From an uncultured Hormoscilla sp. (GTDB lineage: Bacteria > Cyanobacteriota > Cyanobacteriia > Cyanobacteriales > Desertifilaceae): DNA of 64,000 nucleotides. A program made the translations under genes and the position numbers. The notes beneath the pieces were generated by a model. That model ran no database searches. It had not been told where the DNA came from and saw only the letters and a list, made by a program, of their open reading frames with translations. Positions 21,041 through 33,399 of the stretch are shown one piece after another (within the stretch, counting starts at the first letter, position 1; every line of letters begins with the position of its first letter). Location: positions 6,496,001-6,560,000 of the forward strand of contig OZ001293.3 of the NCBI GenBank assembly GCA_963921275.4, in the 5' to 3' direction.

Positions 21041-22874
21041 ATGACAGAGTTTCCAGCAGAATATGATAGTCCTTGGAAGGCGGGACTAGAACAATATTTC
21101 CCGCAGTTTGTCGAATATTGCTTTCCAGAAATCTACGCAGATATAGATTGGAGTCGCGGTTACGAGTCCATGGACAAAGAGTTTGAAGAAGTGGTGCGAG
21201 ACGCGGAATTGGGCAAACGGCTGGCTGATGGATGGGGTCGAGCCGGGAATCGCTTCCCGACCCTCCCTTTCGGAACCGGACTTGCGATTTTCACCGCATC
21301 CGGCTACTGGGTACTAGGCCCTTTTCATAGGTAGACTTAATAGGAATTACTTCCGTTAGCCCTTGCCGCCTGTCTTTTCTTCCCTTTCCTGGTTTAGCGA
21401 GTGGTTGTTCTGATAACCGTTAGTATCACCATTTTCAAGTCAGTTTTACCAGTTATCCATACCTTATCCTCCACTTGCGTTTCGGATTAGTTCCGTGGCT
21501 TTTTAGGATTACTCATTCCAGCAGCTTCCTAGTATCACCGACCCACGTCAGCGCTGGCTACCCAGCATCATCTACATTACTGTAGATGTTATCCCAGGAA
21601 TTACCCCGGGCATTCGCTTCTTGGGCCATCCCTCCCCCCGTGGCTTGCGCTTAACATCTAACTTGTCCTGATGGACAGCACACGAGAGGTTACTTCGTTC
21701 CCTAACAACATTTCGCGATACCTTTAGGTCCACACTATACCCCGAGAGCTATTTGAGTACTATATTAGCCAGAGTCTAAAACTAATACTAGCTACCATTT
21801 CCTTTTTAGGCCAGCGCATATAGCCTTATTTCGCTGGTTCCTTATAACGAGGCTTGCACATGTTTGCCTGCTCTAACCTTGGATATCTTTCCTAGCGGCG
21901 TCACCGGCTTAGGCTGCCAGTTATCCTACATTTGAGTCCTCGCTTAGCACCACGATGATGTCGCTTCGTAGCACCGAGGACCGGTGTCACCCCCGTACCT
22001 GGGAGGAGGGGAATTTAACCCCCATGCGGTCAGAGTTCCCGGCTAATGAAACCGGGCTAGCGTTCCGTGTTTGACCACGTTAGGCTAGAACGAATCGCAC
22101 AAAATCTTTAAAGTTTGGCTGCTGGATGGAACCGAGACTTGGATCCTCATCCACGTTGAAGTTCAGAGCCAGTATGAGTCAAATTTTGAAAGGCGGATAT
22201 ACGTTTATAACTATCGGTCTTTCGATCGCTTCCGCAAACCGGTGATTAGTTTGGTAGTATTGGCAGATGAGCGGCAAAATTGGCGACCATCATCTTACGG
22301 ATACAAATTTGACGGTTTTCGACTCCATTTAAGATTTCCGATCGTCAAGCTGTTGGACTACGAGCGGAATTGGGAGGCTTTAGAGCAAAGTCAAAGTGAA
22401 AATCCCTTCGCCGTAATGATCATGGCCCATCTCAAAACCAAAGCTACCAAAGACGATATGGAACAGCGGCGGCAGTGGAAATGGACTCTCGTTCGCGGAC
22501 TGTACTCCCGAGGCTATAATAGGAATGACATCTTGGAGCTTTTCCGGTTAATCGATTGGATGATGACTCTACCAGAAGAGTTGCAAACTGCCTTTGAACA
22601 ACAAGTCGAACGTTATCAGGAGGAGAACAAAATGCCTTTACTGAGTCAGATTGAAACACGGGCCATGCGAAGAGGAACGGAACTGGGGATCCAACAGGGG
22701 GTCCAACAGGGGGTATTACGGAGTGGCCGCAAATCAGTGCTGCGGGTCTTGGAAGTGCGGTTCCAGGAAGTGCCAGAGGCGATCGCAGATACTATTAATA
22801 GCATTGGCGACGTGGACTTTTTGGATCGGCTTCACATTCAAGCTGTTGTGATTGTCACCGTCGCCTGTGACTAA
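21041..22874 (+). pseudogene. Rpn/PD-(D/E)xK-like cyanobacterial protein interrupted by antisense intron B; 3' end replaced by a deletion junction
   Basis: YDSPWK...GKRLAD | KIFKVWLLDG...IHVEVQSQ is in frame after removing 21230-22100; NPFAVMIMAHLKT motif. Confidence 0.88.
21230..22100 (-). mobile_element. ORF-less group II intron B (871 nt)
   Basis: GTGCGATTCGTT start; canonical DV AGCCGGATGCGGTGAAAATCGCAAGTCCGGTT; DVI with bulged A; precise removal restores the host frame. Confidence 0.93.
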
Positions 22875-23299
22875 CTGGTAGGTAAAGGTATCGGAAGAGT
22901 CAGGATCGATAGTTGAGAAAGTCCCTACGACTGCATTATCAGGGGAATTTTCATCAATGCTACTGCTGCTGAGTTCTAGATCGGTAGGAGGGGAGTTCTT
23001 TATAACAATATCAAAGGTATCTGTCACTTCAGATTTCGCTCTGTCGATGGCGGTTACCGTCACGGTAAAGGTGTCTGCGGTAGTAGGGATACCGCTGATA
23101 ACTCCCTGAGAGTTGATCGTTACGCCCCCTGGTAAACCGGTAGCTGTGTAATTGTCGATGTTGTTATTGATGTCACCGAAATTTGCGCTAATGTCTATGT
23201 CGAGGTTATTACCTAGCAAGAGTTGGACGTCGGGAATCTCGGTTAAAACATAAGGGGGGTTTTCCAATTGCTTCTCAGCCCTCAAATCTAGAACCTCTT

Positions 23300-23756
23300 C
23301 GGGGATGGTGCCAGTCAGGAGGTTGTTGTTCAGGTAGAGATCTACCAAATTGGAAAGATTCCCTAACTCCGTCGGGATGCTGCCAGTCAGTTGGTTGTCG
23401 TCCAGCCTGAGATCTACCAAATTGGAAAGATTCCCTAACTCCGTCGGGATGCTGCCAGTCAGTTGGTTGTCGTCCAGCCAGAGATATACCAAATTGGAAA
23501 GATTCCCTAACTCCATCGGGATGCTGCCAGTCAGTTGGTTGTCGTCCAGCCTGAGATCCTCCAAATTGGAAAGATTCCCTAACTCCGTCGGGATGCTGCC
23601 AGTCAGTTGGTTGGAGTTCAGCCAGAGATCCTCCAAATTGGAAAGATTCCCTAACTCCGTCGGGATGCTGCCAGTCAGTTGGTTGTCGTCCAGCCTGAGA
23701 TCCTCCAAATTGGAAAGATTCCCTAACTCCGTCGGAATGCTGCCAGTCAGTTGGTT
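23300..23756 (-). repeat. 72-bp LRR tandem array, unit 2 (6 constant blocks)
   Basis: Repeating AAATTGGAAAGATTCCCTAACTCCGTCGGGATGCTGCCAGTCAGTTGGTT. Confidence 0.95.
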
Positions 23757-25380
23757 ACCGAACAGGTCTTCACTGTCCAGCATAACGCCCGACATGATGT
23801 CCGCTGGAGTGGAGCCTCCCCTATTATCAGCGGCGGTATTGCCCGAGAAGGTTACATCTGTGAGGGTCACGGTCGGCAGGCTGCTGGGCATGCCCTGGTT
23901 GTTCCCGTTGATATTGTCAGTAATGTGCAGGGCGAAAATGGCGCCCCCTAGACCTTGGCCGGGGTTCGCGATAACGCCACCGTCGCCACCTTGAGCGTTA
24001 TTGCTGTTAAAGCTGCTGTCCGAAACTCTGAGATCGCCCGAGCGGATGAATATGGCTCCGCCCATGCCCGCGCCGCCGCCGAAGCCGCCTCGGCCGCCGA
24101 CGATGTTGCCGTTGCTGCCGCCGCCGCCGCCGAAGCCGCCGCCGCCGCCGTTGCCGCCGCCGCCGCCGTTGCCGCCGCCGCCGCCGAAGCCGCCGTCGCC
24201 GCCCGTGCCGATGAAGCGGCCGCCGCCGCCGAAACCGCCGTCGCCGCCCGTGCCGATGAAGCGGCCGCTGCCGCCGTCGCCGCCGAAACCGCCGTCGCCG
24301 CCGACGCCGCCGTTGTCCACGCTGCCGGGGTTGCCGTGAGCACGAGGCCGAGGAGTAAAATTAGCATTACCACCCGTATTATTATTAACGTCGGCATTGC
24401 CATCAACGGCGCTATTTTCCTAGAAAGTGCTATCGGTCACCGTGACGGTCCCGTCATGGATAAACAGGGCACCGCTTATGCCTGCTGCCCCGCCGGCGCC
24501 ATTGCCTCCCTGGGCCCGGCCGTTCATAAAGGTCAGCTCGTTGAAATTGACTGTACCGTCTAAGACAAAGAACAGCCGGAATTGGTTGTCGCCATTAATG
24601 GTGTTGTCGTTCCCATTTATGGTAAGCTCTACGTCTTCGTCAATAAGGGGTAGCAACGAGGTCAGGGTAATATCTGTCCTGATGTTAATAATATCTGCCT
24701 CACCGTTATTACTGGAACTGGTAATGGCATTGAATAGTTCTACTGGTGTGCTAACATTAAATTCGGTAGGAGACTCGTTGACATTGTTGACATTAATAGT
24801 AAAAGCCTCCGAGTAACTGTTTCCGGTCGAGTCAGTAGTCTGGACGCGAATGCTGTAACTCGGTTTTGTCTCAAAGTTCGGAGAACTATTAATTCGCAGT
24901 AAGTTCCATTCTATGGTGAAGGCGGCGTTATCATCGACACCAGCGCCGGAGACTAACCGGTAGGTAAAGGTATCTCCAATGTCAGGATCGGTAGTTGAGA
25001 AAGTCCCTATGACTGCATTATCAGGGGAATTTTTATCAATGCTACTGCTGCTGAGTTCTAGATCGGTAGGAGGGGAGTTCTTTATAACAATATCAAAGGT
25101 ATCTGTCACTTCAGATTTCGCTCTGTCGATGGCGGTTACCGTCACGGTAAAGGTGTCTGCGGTAGTAGGGATACCGCTGATAACTCCCTGAGAGTTGATG
25201 GTTACGCCCCCTGGTAAACCGGTAGCTGTGTAATTGTCGATGTTGTTATTGATGTCACCGAAATTTGCGCTAATGTCTATGTCGAGGTTATTACCTAGCA
25301 AGAGTTGGACGTCGGGAATCTCGGTTAAAACATAAGGGGGATTTTCCAATTGCTTCTCAACCCTCAAATCTAGAACCTCT

Positions 25381-25860
25381 TGGGGGATGGTGCCAGTCAG
25401 GAGGTTGTTGTTCAGGTAGAGCTGAAACAAATTGGAAAGATTCCCTAACTCCGTCGGGATGCTGCCAGTCAGTTGGTTGGAGTCCAGCCAGAGAGATCTC
25501 AAATTGGAAAGATTCCCTAACTCCGTCGGGATGCTGCCAGTCAGTTGGTTGGAGCTCAGCAAGAGAGATCTCAAATTGGAAAGATTCCCTAACTCCGTCG
25601 GGATGCTGCCAGTCAGTTGGTTGGAGCTCAGCAAGAGAAATCCCAAATTGGAAAGATTCCCTAACTCCGTCGGGATGCTGCCAGTCAGTTGGTTGGAGTT
25701 CAGCTCGAGCTCCTCCAAATTGGAAAGATTCCCTAACTCCGTCGGGATGCTGCCAGTCAGTTGGTTGGAGTTCAGCTCGAGCTCCTCCAAATTGGAAAGA
25801 TTCCCTAACTCCGTCGGGATGCTGCCAGTCAGTTGGTTGGAGTTCAGCAGGAGTTCCGTC
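25381..25860 (-). repeat. 72-bp LRR tandem array, unit 1 (6 constant blocks)
   Basis: Same 50-nt constant block as unit 2. Confidence 0.95.
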
Positions 25861-27170
25861 ACCCTGTTGTTAGTTACCGTCACCCCATACCAACCATTAA
25901 CAATAGAAGCATCGGGGGGAGTTGAGCTGCTGAAATTCCAGCTAACCCAGCCTGTATTGCTCCTCCAAGAAGCCCCATTGGTGCTTTGATAGAGAGCCCT
26001 TAAGGCCTGATACTCCTGCTGGATGATGATCAAGTTGCGGCGGGTGAATTGGTTACCGAACAGGTCTTCACTGTCCAGTATAACGCCCGACATGATGTCC
26101 GCTGGAGTGGAGCCTCCCCTATTATCAGCGGCGGTATTGCCCGAGAAGGTTACATCTGTGAGGGTCACGGTCGGCAGGCTGCTGGGCATGCCCTGGTTGT
26201 TCCCGTTGATATTGTCAGTAATGTGCAGGGCGAAAATGGCGCCCCCTAGACCTTGGCCGGGGCTCGCCATAAAGCCACCGCCGCCACCTTGAGCGTTATT
26301 GCTGTTAAAGCTGCTGTCCGAAACGCTGAGTTCGCCCGAGCGGATGAATATGGCGGAGCCCATGCCCGCGCCGCCGCCGCCGAAGCCGGCGCGGACGCCG
26401 TTGCCGCCGCCGAAGCCGCCGACGCCGCCGCCGAAGCCGCCGAAGCCGCCGTTGCCGCCGCCGAAGCCGCCGTCGCCGAAACCGCCGTCGCCGCCCGTGC
26501 CGATGAAGCGGCCGCTGCCGCCGTTGCCGCCGAAACCGCCGTCGCCGCCGACGCCGCCGTTGTCCACGCTGCCGGGGTTGCCGTGAGCACGAGGCCGAGG
26601 AGTAAAATTAGCATTACCACCCGTATTATTATTAACGTCGGCATTGCCACCAACGGCCCTATTTCCCTGGAAAGTGCTATCGGTCACCGTGACGATCCCG
26701 TCATGGATAAACAGGGCACCGCCCATGCCTGCTGCCCCGCCGGCGCCATTGCCTCCCTGGGCCCGGCCGTTCATAAAGGTCAGCTCGTTGAAATTGACTG
26801 TACCGTCTAAGACAAAGAACAGCCGGAATTGGTTATTACCATTAATAGTGTTGTCATTCCCATTTATCGTCAGCCCCATGTCTTCGTCAATAAGGGGCAA
26901 CAACCCAGTCAGGGTAATATCTGTCGTGATGTTAATAATATCTGCCTCACCGTTATTACTGGAACTGGTAATGGCATTGGATAGTTCTACTGGTGTGCTG
27001 ACATTAAATGTGGCCATAATTTTTCCTGATGTAAAGGATGATGAACTTTCTTAGGAGTTAGTCTTCTCTACCCAAAATACAGGAGCCGGTGGAAAGCTAG
27101 GGATTGGGGTGAAGACCTTGAATAATTCGATTCTAATCCAGAATAGCACTATTCTAACCATAATAAGTCT

Positions 27171-28041
27171 GTGCGATTCGTTCTAGCCTAACGTGGTCAA
27201 ACACGGAACGCTAGCCCGGTTTCATTAGCCGGGAACTCTGACCGCATGGGGGTTAAATTCCCCTCCCCCCAGGTACGGGGGTGACACCGGTCCTCGGTGC
27301 TACGAAGCGACATCATCGTGGTGCTAAGCGAGGACTCAAATGTAGGATAACTGGCAGCCTAAGCCGGTGACGCCGCTAGGAAAGATATCCAAGGTTAGAG
27401 CAGGCAAACATGTGCAAGCCTCGTTATAAGGAACCAGCGAAATAAGGCTATATGCGCTGGCCTAAAAAGGAAATGGTAGCTAGTATTAGTTTTAGACTCT
27501 GGCTAATATAGTACTCAAATAGCTCCCGGGGTATAGTGTGGACCTAAAGGTATCGCGAAATGTTGTTAGGGAACGAAGTAACCTCTCGTGTGCTGTCCAT
27601 CAGGATAAGTTAGATGTTAAGCGCAAGCCACGGGGGGAGGGATGGCCCAAGAAGCGAATGCCCGGGGTAATTCCTGGGATAACATCTACAGTAATGTAGA
27701 TGATGCTGGGTAGCCAGCGCTGACGTGGGTCGGTGATACTAGGAAGCTGCTGGAATGAGTAATCCTAAAAAGCCACGGAACTAATCCGAAACGCAAGTGG
27801 AGGATAAGGTATGGATAACTGGTAAAACTGACTTGAAAATGGTGATACTAACGGTTATCAGAACAACCACTCGCTAAACCAGGAAAGGGAAGAAAAGACA
27901 GGCGGCAAGGGCTAACGGAAGTAATTCCTATTAAGTCTACCTATGAAAAAGGCCTAGTACCCAGTAGCCGGATGCGGTGAAAATCGCAAGTCCGGTTCCT
28001 CAAGGGAGGGTCGGGAAGCGATTCCCGGCTCGACCCCATCC
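27171..28041 (+). mobile_element. ORF-less group II intron C (871 nt), near-identical inverted copy of B
   Basis: GTGCGATTCGTT...canonical DV...CGACCCCATCC; only about 6 differences from B found by eye. Confidence 0.93.
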
Positions 28042-28155
28042 ATTCCGACCTATTGTAGCGCTATTCTGACCGCAATAAGTATATTCTGACCGAGAATATA
28101 CCTCTTTTGACCTATAATAGCGCTATTCTGACCTATTATAACGCTATTATAGCCA
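28042..28155 (+). repeat. Degenerate short repeats (CTATTCTGACC) into which intron C inserted
   Basis: Motif recurs about 5 times, and once left of the intron (about 27149). Confidence 0.6.
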
Positions 28156-28491
28156 AAAATCAGCTGATTCTTGGCGCGAATAAGTCAATTACCTCTCATA
28201 TTAAGATTACTTTTGCCAAGAATCAATCAATTTCACATATTTGAGCAAGATTACTCAATACTTTTAACCTCTTTTACTGTAAACCACCGGCGATAAGTCG
28301 GCGAGGGACCACTAGCTAGTAGGGTACTATTAGCCTTGATAACTTTTAGATGATGGTGGAACAGTTGCATGGTAGGATGATACCACGGACTGTTAGAACG
28401 CCTATCCGTCAATTATCAATTGGAAATCTTAAACTAGGCAACGCCATTTTGCTAAGCTATAGATATGCTAACCTATTCTGCGGCGAGAAAG

Positions 28492-28630
28492 ATGACAGGA
28501 GTTTGCAAACTAGAGATTACCGAGACGACTGAAGAGCTGAAAAGCCTGTTACAAAAGCAAAAATACGTTAGTAACTTTCAAAAACTGCAGGCGCTGTATT
28601 TGTTCAAAATCGGTCAGGTGAAGACACTCG
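28492..28630 (+). mobile_element. IS630-like transposase N-terminal remnant
   Basis: MTGVCKLEITETTEELKSLL...LQALYLFKIGQVKT; related to 61801-61998. Confidence 0.65.
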
Positions 28631-28631
28631 C

Positions 28632-31220
28632 GAAGCTTTTATTCAATACTGGATACGAACTCATATCAACTTAGCCGATGCTTACATAAAGAGGATAGAA
28701 GGAGGCAATTGATGCTTTGAAAAAGTCTTGATAGTTGTTAACAGTCCATCCCCTGTTTGGGCTATGAGTCAAACTAACCTAGCTAGTGCCTATTACTATA
28801 GGATAGAAGGAGACAAAGAAGACAATCTAGAGAAGGCAATCGCTGCGTTAAAAAAGCATTACAAGTTTATACCTATGAAACTATTTTCCAGAAATGGGCA
28901 ATGATTCAAAACAATCTTGGTTTGGTTTACACAGATAAGATTAAACTAAACAAAGCAGATAATCTGGAGAAAGCAATTGAATATTTTCAACAGGCTTTGT
29001 GCGAACCTATACCCGTGAAGACTTTCCCTTAGAGTGGGCAAGGACTAACCACAATCTTGGCATAGCCTACTCGAAAGGAGACCTAGCAAGTAACATAGAA
29101 CAAGGTATTGCTGCCTTCAAACGGTCTTTGCAAGTCCGTATCCGTGAAGCTTTTCCTGAAAATTGGGCAAGGACTCAATTGAATCTTGGCAAGGCCTACT
29201 CAAAAAGGAGCGAAGGCGACAAAGCTGAAAATTTAGAGGAAGCAATTTATGCTTTCCAACAAGGATTACAAATATTCACTCATGAAGCATTTCCTCAAGA
29301 TTGGGCACTTGCCCAAAACAGCCTCGGTCTTGCCTACCAATACAGAATTAAAGGCGATCGAGCTAAAAATATTGAACAGGGTATCTCTGCTTATCAGCAG
29401 ACATTGTCCGTTTACACTCCCGAAGCCGATCCGATCAACTGTCTTCAAACATCTCGCAACTTAGGCAATTTCCACTTCACTGAAGGCAACTGGCAACCCG
29501 CTATCGATGCCTACGAAAAAGCCATAACCGCAGTCGAACTCAGTCACAGTTGGGCAATCAACTATGAACGTCGCGAAGAGATTATAGCAGAAGCAATAAA
29601 AGTTTATCAAAAACTCGTACAAGCCTATATCAATACAGAACAGTGGGATAAAGCGATCAAAACCGTCGAACGCAGCAAAGCCCGCAACCTAGTAGAACTC
29701 CTTGCCAACCGCGACCTCTATCCTAAAGGCGACGTTCCCCAGGAGACGATCGCCGAGTTAGATCGACTGCGACGAAACATTCCATCATTGGAAAGACAGT
29801 TGCAAGTAGCTACAGACCAACTATCGGGAAATAGGGATGACAAACAACGACTTTCATTAGAGGAGTCCCAGAAACGGCTACAGCAAGAATTGTAGTCCTC
29901 ACGGCAGCAGTTAGATGAGGTACTTAATCAAATCAAACCCAGAGACCCCAATTTCATTGTGACTCAGAGGGTGGAACCGATTCCATTTCAGGATATCCAA
30001 CGTCTGACTGACGATCGCACTGCCATAATTGAGTGGTATATTACGTCGGATAATATTCTCACCTTCATTCTTACTGCCAACAGTCGGCATCCTCTAGTTG
30101 AACAAGCCTCTGTTCGAGAACTAGAGGCTTTAGTAAATTTTGTAAAAGCTTATTTTACTGCATACTATCAAAAGGAAAACTAGCAATGGAAAGCTGATTT
30201 AGAATCTCACCTCAAACACTTGGCTGAGATTCTAAATACAGATCGCATCCTAGCCCGGATTGATGAAATTTTTGACAAGCAAGGAGGGAAATGCGATCGC
30301 CTCATACTCATTCCCCATCGCTTTTCACACCTGTTTCCTCTCCATGCTATGCCCCTGGAGAATGGCGATTTACTGTGCGATCGCTTTGAAAGAGGTGTTA
30401 ATTATGCCTCCAGCAGCCAACTGCTACAACTAACTCAAACCCAACAACGCCCTGATTTTCAACGCTTGTTTGCTATTCAAGACCCTGAAGAGAACCTAGC
30501 TTACAGCATCCTGGAAGTTGAAACCATCCGTTCGTTCTTCTCACCCGCAACAGTTTTGGCAATCAAATCTGCCCGGGAAGCAGATGTCAAAACCCATCCA
30601 GAATTATCCCTTGCCCACTGCAATCACTTCTCCTGTCATGGGGAGTTCAACCTAGAATCTCCCCTAAAATCGGCATTGCGTTTAGCAGAAATCAAGCAGT
30701 CAGACTCGGGATCCTCAGAAGATGGATACCTCACCTTAGCAGAAATCTTTGCCCTCAACCTGAAGAAATCTCGTCTTGTTACCCTCTCCGCCTGCGAAAC
30801 AGGCATGGCAGACCCCAACAGCATTAGTGATGAATACATCAGTCTGTCCAGTGGCTTCTTGTTTGCCGGGAGTCCCAGCGTAGTCAACGGTCTGTGGATA
30901 GCAGATGATTTTTCCACATCTTTGCTAATGATGAAATTCTACGAAAACCTGCAACAGTTTCCCCAACGAGAAGCTGGAACAGTCGCCCTCGCCCTCAACC
31001 AAGCCCAAAAATGGTTGCGAAATTTAACCAGCGAAGATTGCGAAACATATCTCAACTCCCTAGAACCGCAATGGGATTCTATTATTGCCAACCTACAAAA
31101 AAAAGAAGGAAAGCGAGTCAAAGCCGCAATAAAAGGGGCACGCAAGCAAATACTCGAACGTCGCCCCCATCCTTTTGCTAATCCCTACTATTGGCGGCTT
31201 TCACCGCTACTGGATTTTAG
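28632..31220 (+). pseudogene. TPR-CHAT domain protein with multiple stops and frameshifts
   Basis: FPxxWAxTQxNLG TPR repeats; ERSKARNL; HFSCHGEF; VTLSACETG; FANPYYW; in-frame TAG at 29893 and 30181. Confidence 0.9.
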
Positions 31221-31597
31221 GATTCATCATCCGTGGCATTGCAGAAACTTTTGACTCCAATCTTGACTATATAAATAGCTACCGGAGTCGCCAATGCTGC
31301 GGGCAAATTACCAGAGGCAGCTAGAGATGCAACCAAAGCGGTAACTACTCCCGCAAGTAGATCGTCTCTAAATTCATCTTGACAAACTATATTGCGGCAC
31401 CGCTGGGATAAATCTTCCAACCAACCCTCTGCTCGACTTTTTTCGATTCCCGCTTCCAAAGCTATAATTTCAGTTGCATACTCCAAATCTCCTTCATCAT
31501 CTGCTATCTCATCAAGGGCAGCCAAAGGCTCTAGATAATCTGCCAATTGAGAACGAAAATTCTCAATTTCTTCTGGCGTAACTACGATCTTGTTCAT
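31217..31597 (-). CDS. Hypothetical protein
   Basis: Clean 126-aa ORF with an acidic N-terminus and hydrophobic C-terminus. Confidence 0.7.
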   Translation of the reverse strand: MNKIVVTPEEIENFRSQLADYLEPLAALDEIADDEGDLEYATEIIALEAGIEKSRAEGWLEDLSQRCRNIVCQDEFRDDLLAGVVTALVASLAASGNLPAALATPVAIYIVKIGVKSFCNATDDES

Positions 31598-32081
31598 CGA
31601 TCAACTTTTGAGAATTCAAGTGGTCTGTTGAGATTATAGCATCCAACTGTATAATCTTAGCATAAAAGTAAGCGGCTGTAACCGCCTTCGAGTTCGAGAG
31701 GAATTACCAGTAGCCCTCTGCTCTTTTTCTGCCTGTCAGCCAATAGGTAGTCATGTAGCCCTGACTCGAAAGATCCCAGAAACTCGGTAAGTTAAGAGTT
31801 ACCGGGTTTCTCATATCCCACAAATTATTTTTTGCGATCGGGGGGCGATCGGGGTTCGGTGGGTGCTATACTTGGGAAGACACGCGCAGTCGGTGAATAG
31901 ATAATTGCGGAAATATACTCCGAACAGTCACCGAACTGCGCCAAAGGATAACTCCCATGCGATCGCCCCCCGGTCGCGTTCAGACCAGAAAAAAAGCGCA
32001 AGTCGATCTTCGGGTATATGCTAGTCTTACTAAGACCAGTAGTAAAACATGAAAAATACAGTACCAGAACTAGAAGCATAG

Positions 32082-32366
32082 TTGTTATCAGCGTCAGTTA
32101 TGAGTTTACAAGCAGAAGCGTTGCGGGCCTCGCCTTGGGCTGATTTGTTTAAGCAAGAAGGTAAGCAAGAAGGCAAGCAAGAAGAAGCGTTGCGGATGCT
32201 AACGATCCTACTTCAGTGCCGTTTTGGCAATGTCTCAGAATCCCTACAGGCCGCCCTGGGTTTTTTGAGTGCCGACCAATTAGAGGAATTAGCGAAACGG
32301 CTTTTACAGTCCAATTCTCTGGATGAGTTTATAGCTTATCTTACTCGGGTGAGAGATAACAATTAG
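32082..32366 (+). pseudogene. DUF4351/Rpn C-terminal fragment
   Basis: QEGKQEGKQEE...LQCRFG...LSADQLEELA. Confidence 0.7.
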
Positions 32367-32592
32367 TGATTTAGTTTGGGAGAATTTAACTTGATTACGG
32401 GTTGCGAGTCTCCAGACTCGCAACCCCAAAATGCGGCTCTGACGCTGCAATGCCTGCGATCGCCCTTTGATTAAACCCTGTCAAGGATTAGCGATGGTTT
32501 GTCCAGGCGGGGACTGGAGCGATCGGCAGCAAGGCACGTATTACAGCGACGAACTAATTGAAACCTTAGCAGAAAATCACGGCAGGTAAAAC

Positions 32593-32886
32593 ATGAAAAA
32601 GACAGTACCTGAACCAGAAGCAGAGTTGTTGTCAGCGTCAGAAATTCATGATGACGTAATTTCGTTACAGTCAGCTTTAGAGCAGCGAAAAGCAGAACGA
32701 CAAGCTTATAATATTAGCACGTCCCCAAATACGAGAAATGCTTTCCCAAGTAATAGCCAGCGGGATATGTGCCGACGAAGAAAAAGCGATCTTGCGAGCA
32801 TTGAAGACCCTAGTAACAGCAGTAACCCGGTAGCAAGTTATGAACAATGGGTGCATCTCATATTTGCAAAAATATCAATGTCGTAG
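32593..32886 (+). pseudogene. Hypothetical gene, probably chimeric; its 5' end is duplicated at about 32042-32098
   Basis: GTAAAACATGAAAAA.ACAGTACC.GAAC.AGAAGCA.AGTTGTT.TCAGCGTCAG occurs twice. Confidence 0.45.
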
Positions 32887-32977
32887 GTTGGGTTGAGGCA
32901 CGAAACCCAACAAATATATGCTGTTAGCGAAGCGTGTGTTGCGCTTGTTGGGTTTCCTAACGTCAACCCAACCTACG
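32883..32977. repeat. Paired REP-like palindromes GTAGGTTGGGTTGAGG.ACGAAACCCAAC
   Basis: Related copies at about 45187-45216 and 62122-62162. Confidence 0.75.
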
Positions 32978-33399
32978 AATTTCATGCATTGAGATGCGCC
33001 CTGAACAATGCTTGTATTATAAGAATAATTTACTCCGATTTGAAAAATAAATGCGACCAAATTTACAAATTATTAGTCGGTTTTCAACTGACTTGGCGCC
33101 TCGAAACCTGGCTCCCGCCTGGTAACGCGGGGGTTTGAACAAGAGGCGGTCTGACTACTACAAGGGTTTTCTGCCTGTCAGCCAATAGGTGGTCATTTCA
33201 CCCTTGCCCTTGACCGCGATCGCCCTGGTGAATGGTTCGGTGGGTGCTATACTATGGTTACAGGCGGGGACCGGAGTCGGAGACCATTATCTGGGCCCAA
33301 AACTTGCTTACCCGACTATACTAGAGATAGGGGGTATGGGGCTATGTCCACCTCCCGAACCGATAATCTGCACATGTACTACAAATTACGGCAGGTCTT

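Larger units (their letters stand above)
22845..27017 (-). pseudogene. Large surface-type protein: two tandem units of [Gly-rich beta-helix, LRR array, putative Ig, cadherin]; one in-frame TAG at 24420-24422; C-terminus deleted
   Basis: ORFs 24420-27017 and 22734-24320 are in the same frame; NQLTGSIPTELGNLSNL repeats; ATGLPGGVTINSQGVISGIPT; PNFETKPSYSIRVQTTD. Confidence 0.88.

Noticed and set aside
23300..25860. CRISPR array or diversity-generating retroelement
   Set aside because: The repeats are in-frame LRR codons; no RT or template repeat in the window; framework adenines are not mutated
23948..26810. Ala-rich and Pro-rich ORFs
   Set aside because: Alternative-frame and antisense shadows of the GGC-rich Gly tract
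21230..28041. Composite transposon bounded by 871-bp inverted repeats
   Set aside because: Each repeat is an independent intron insertion whose own flanks rejoin; no transposase and no shared target duplication
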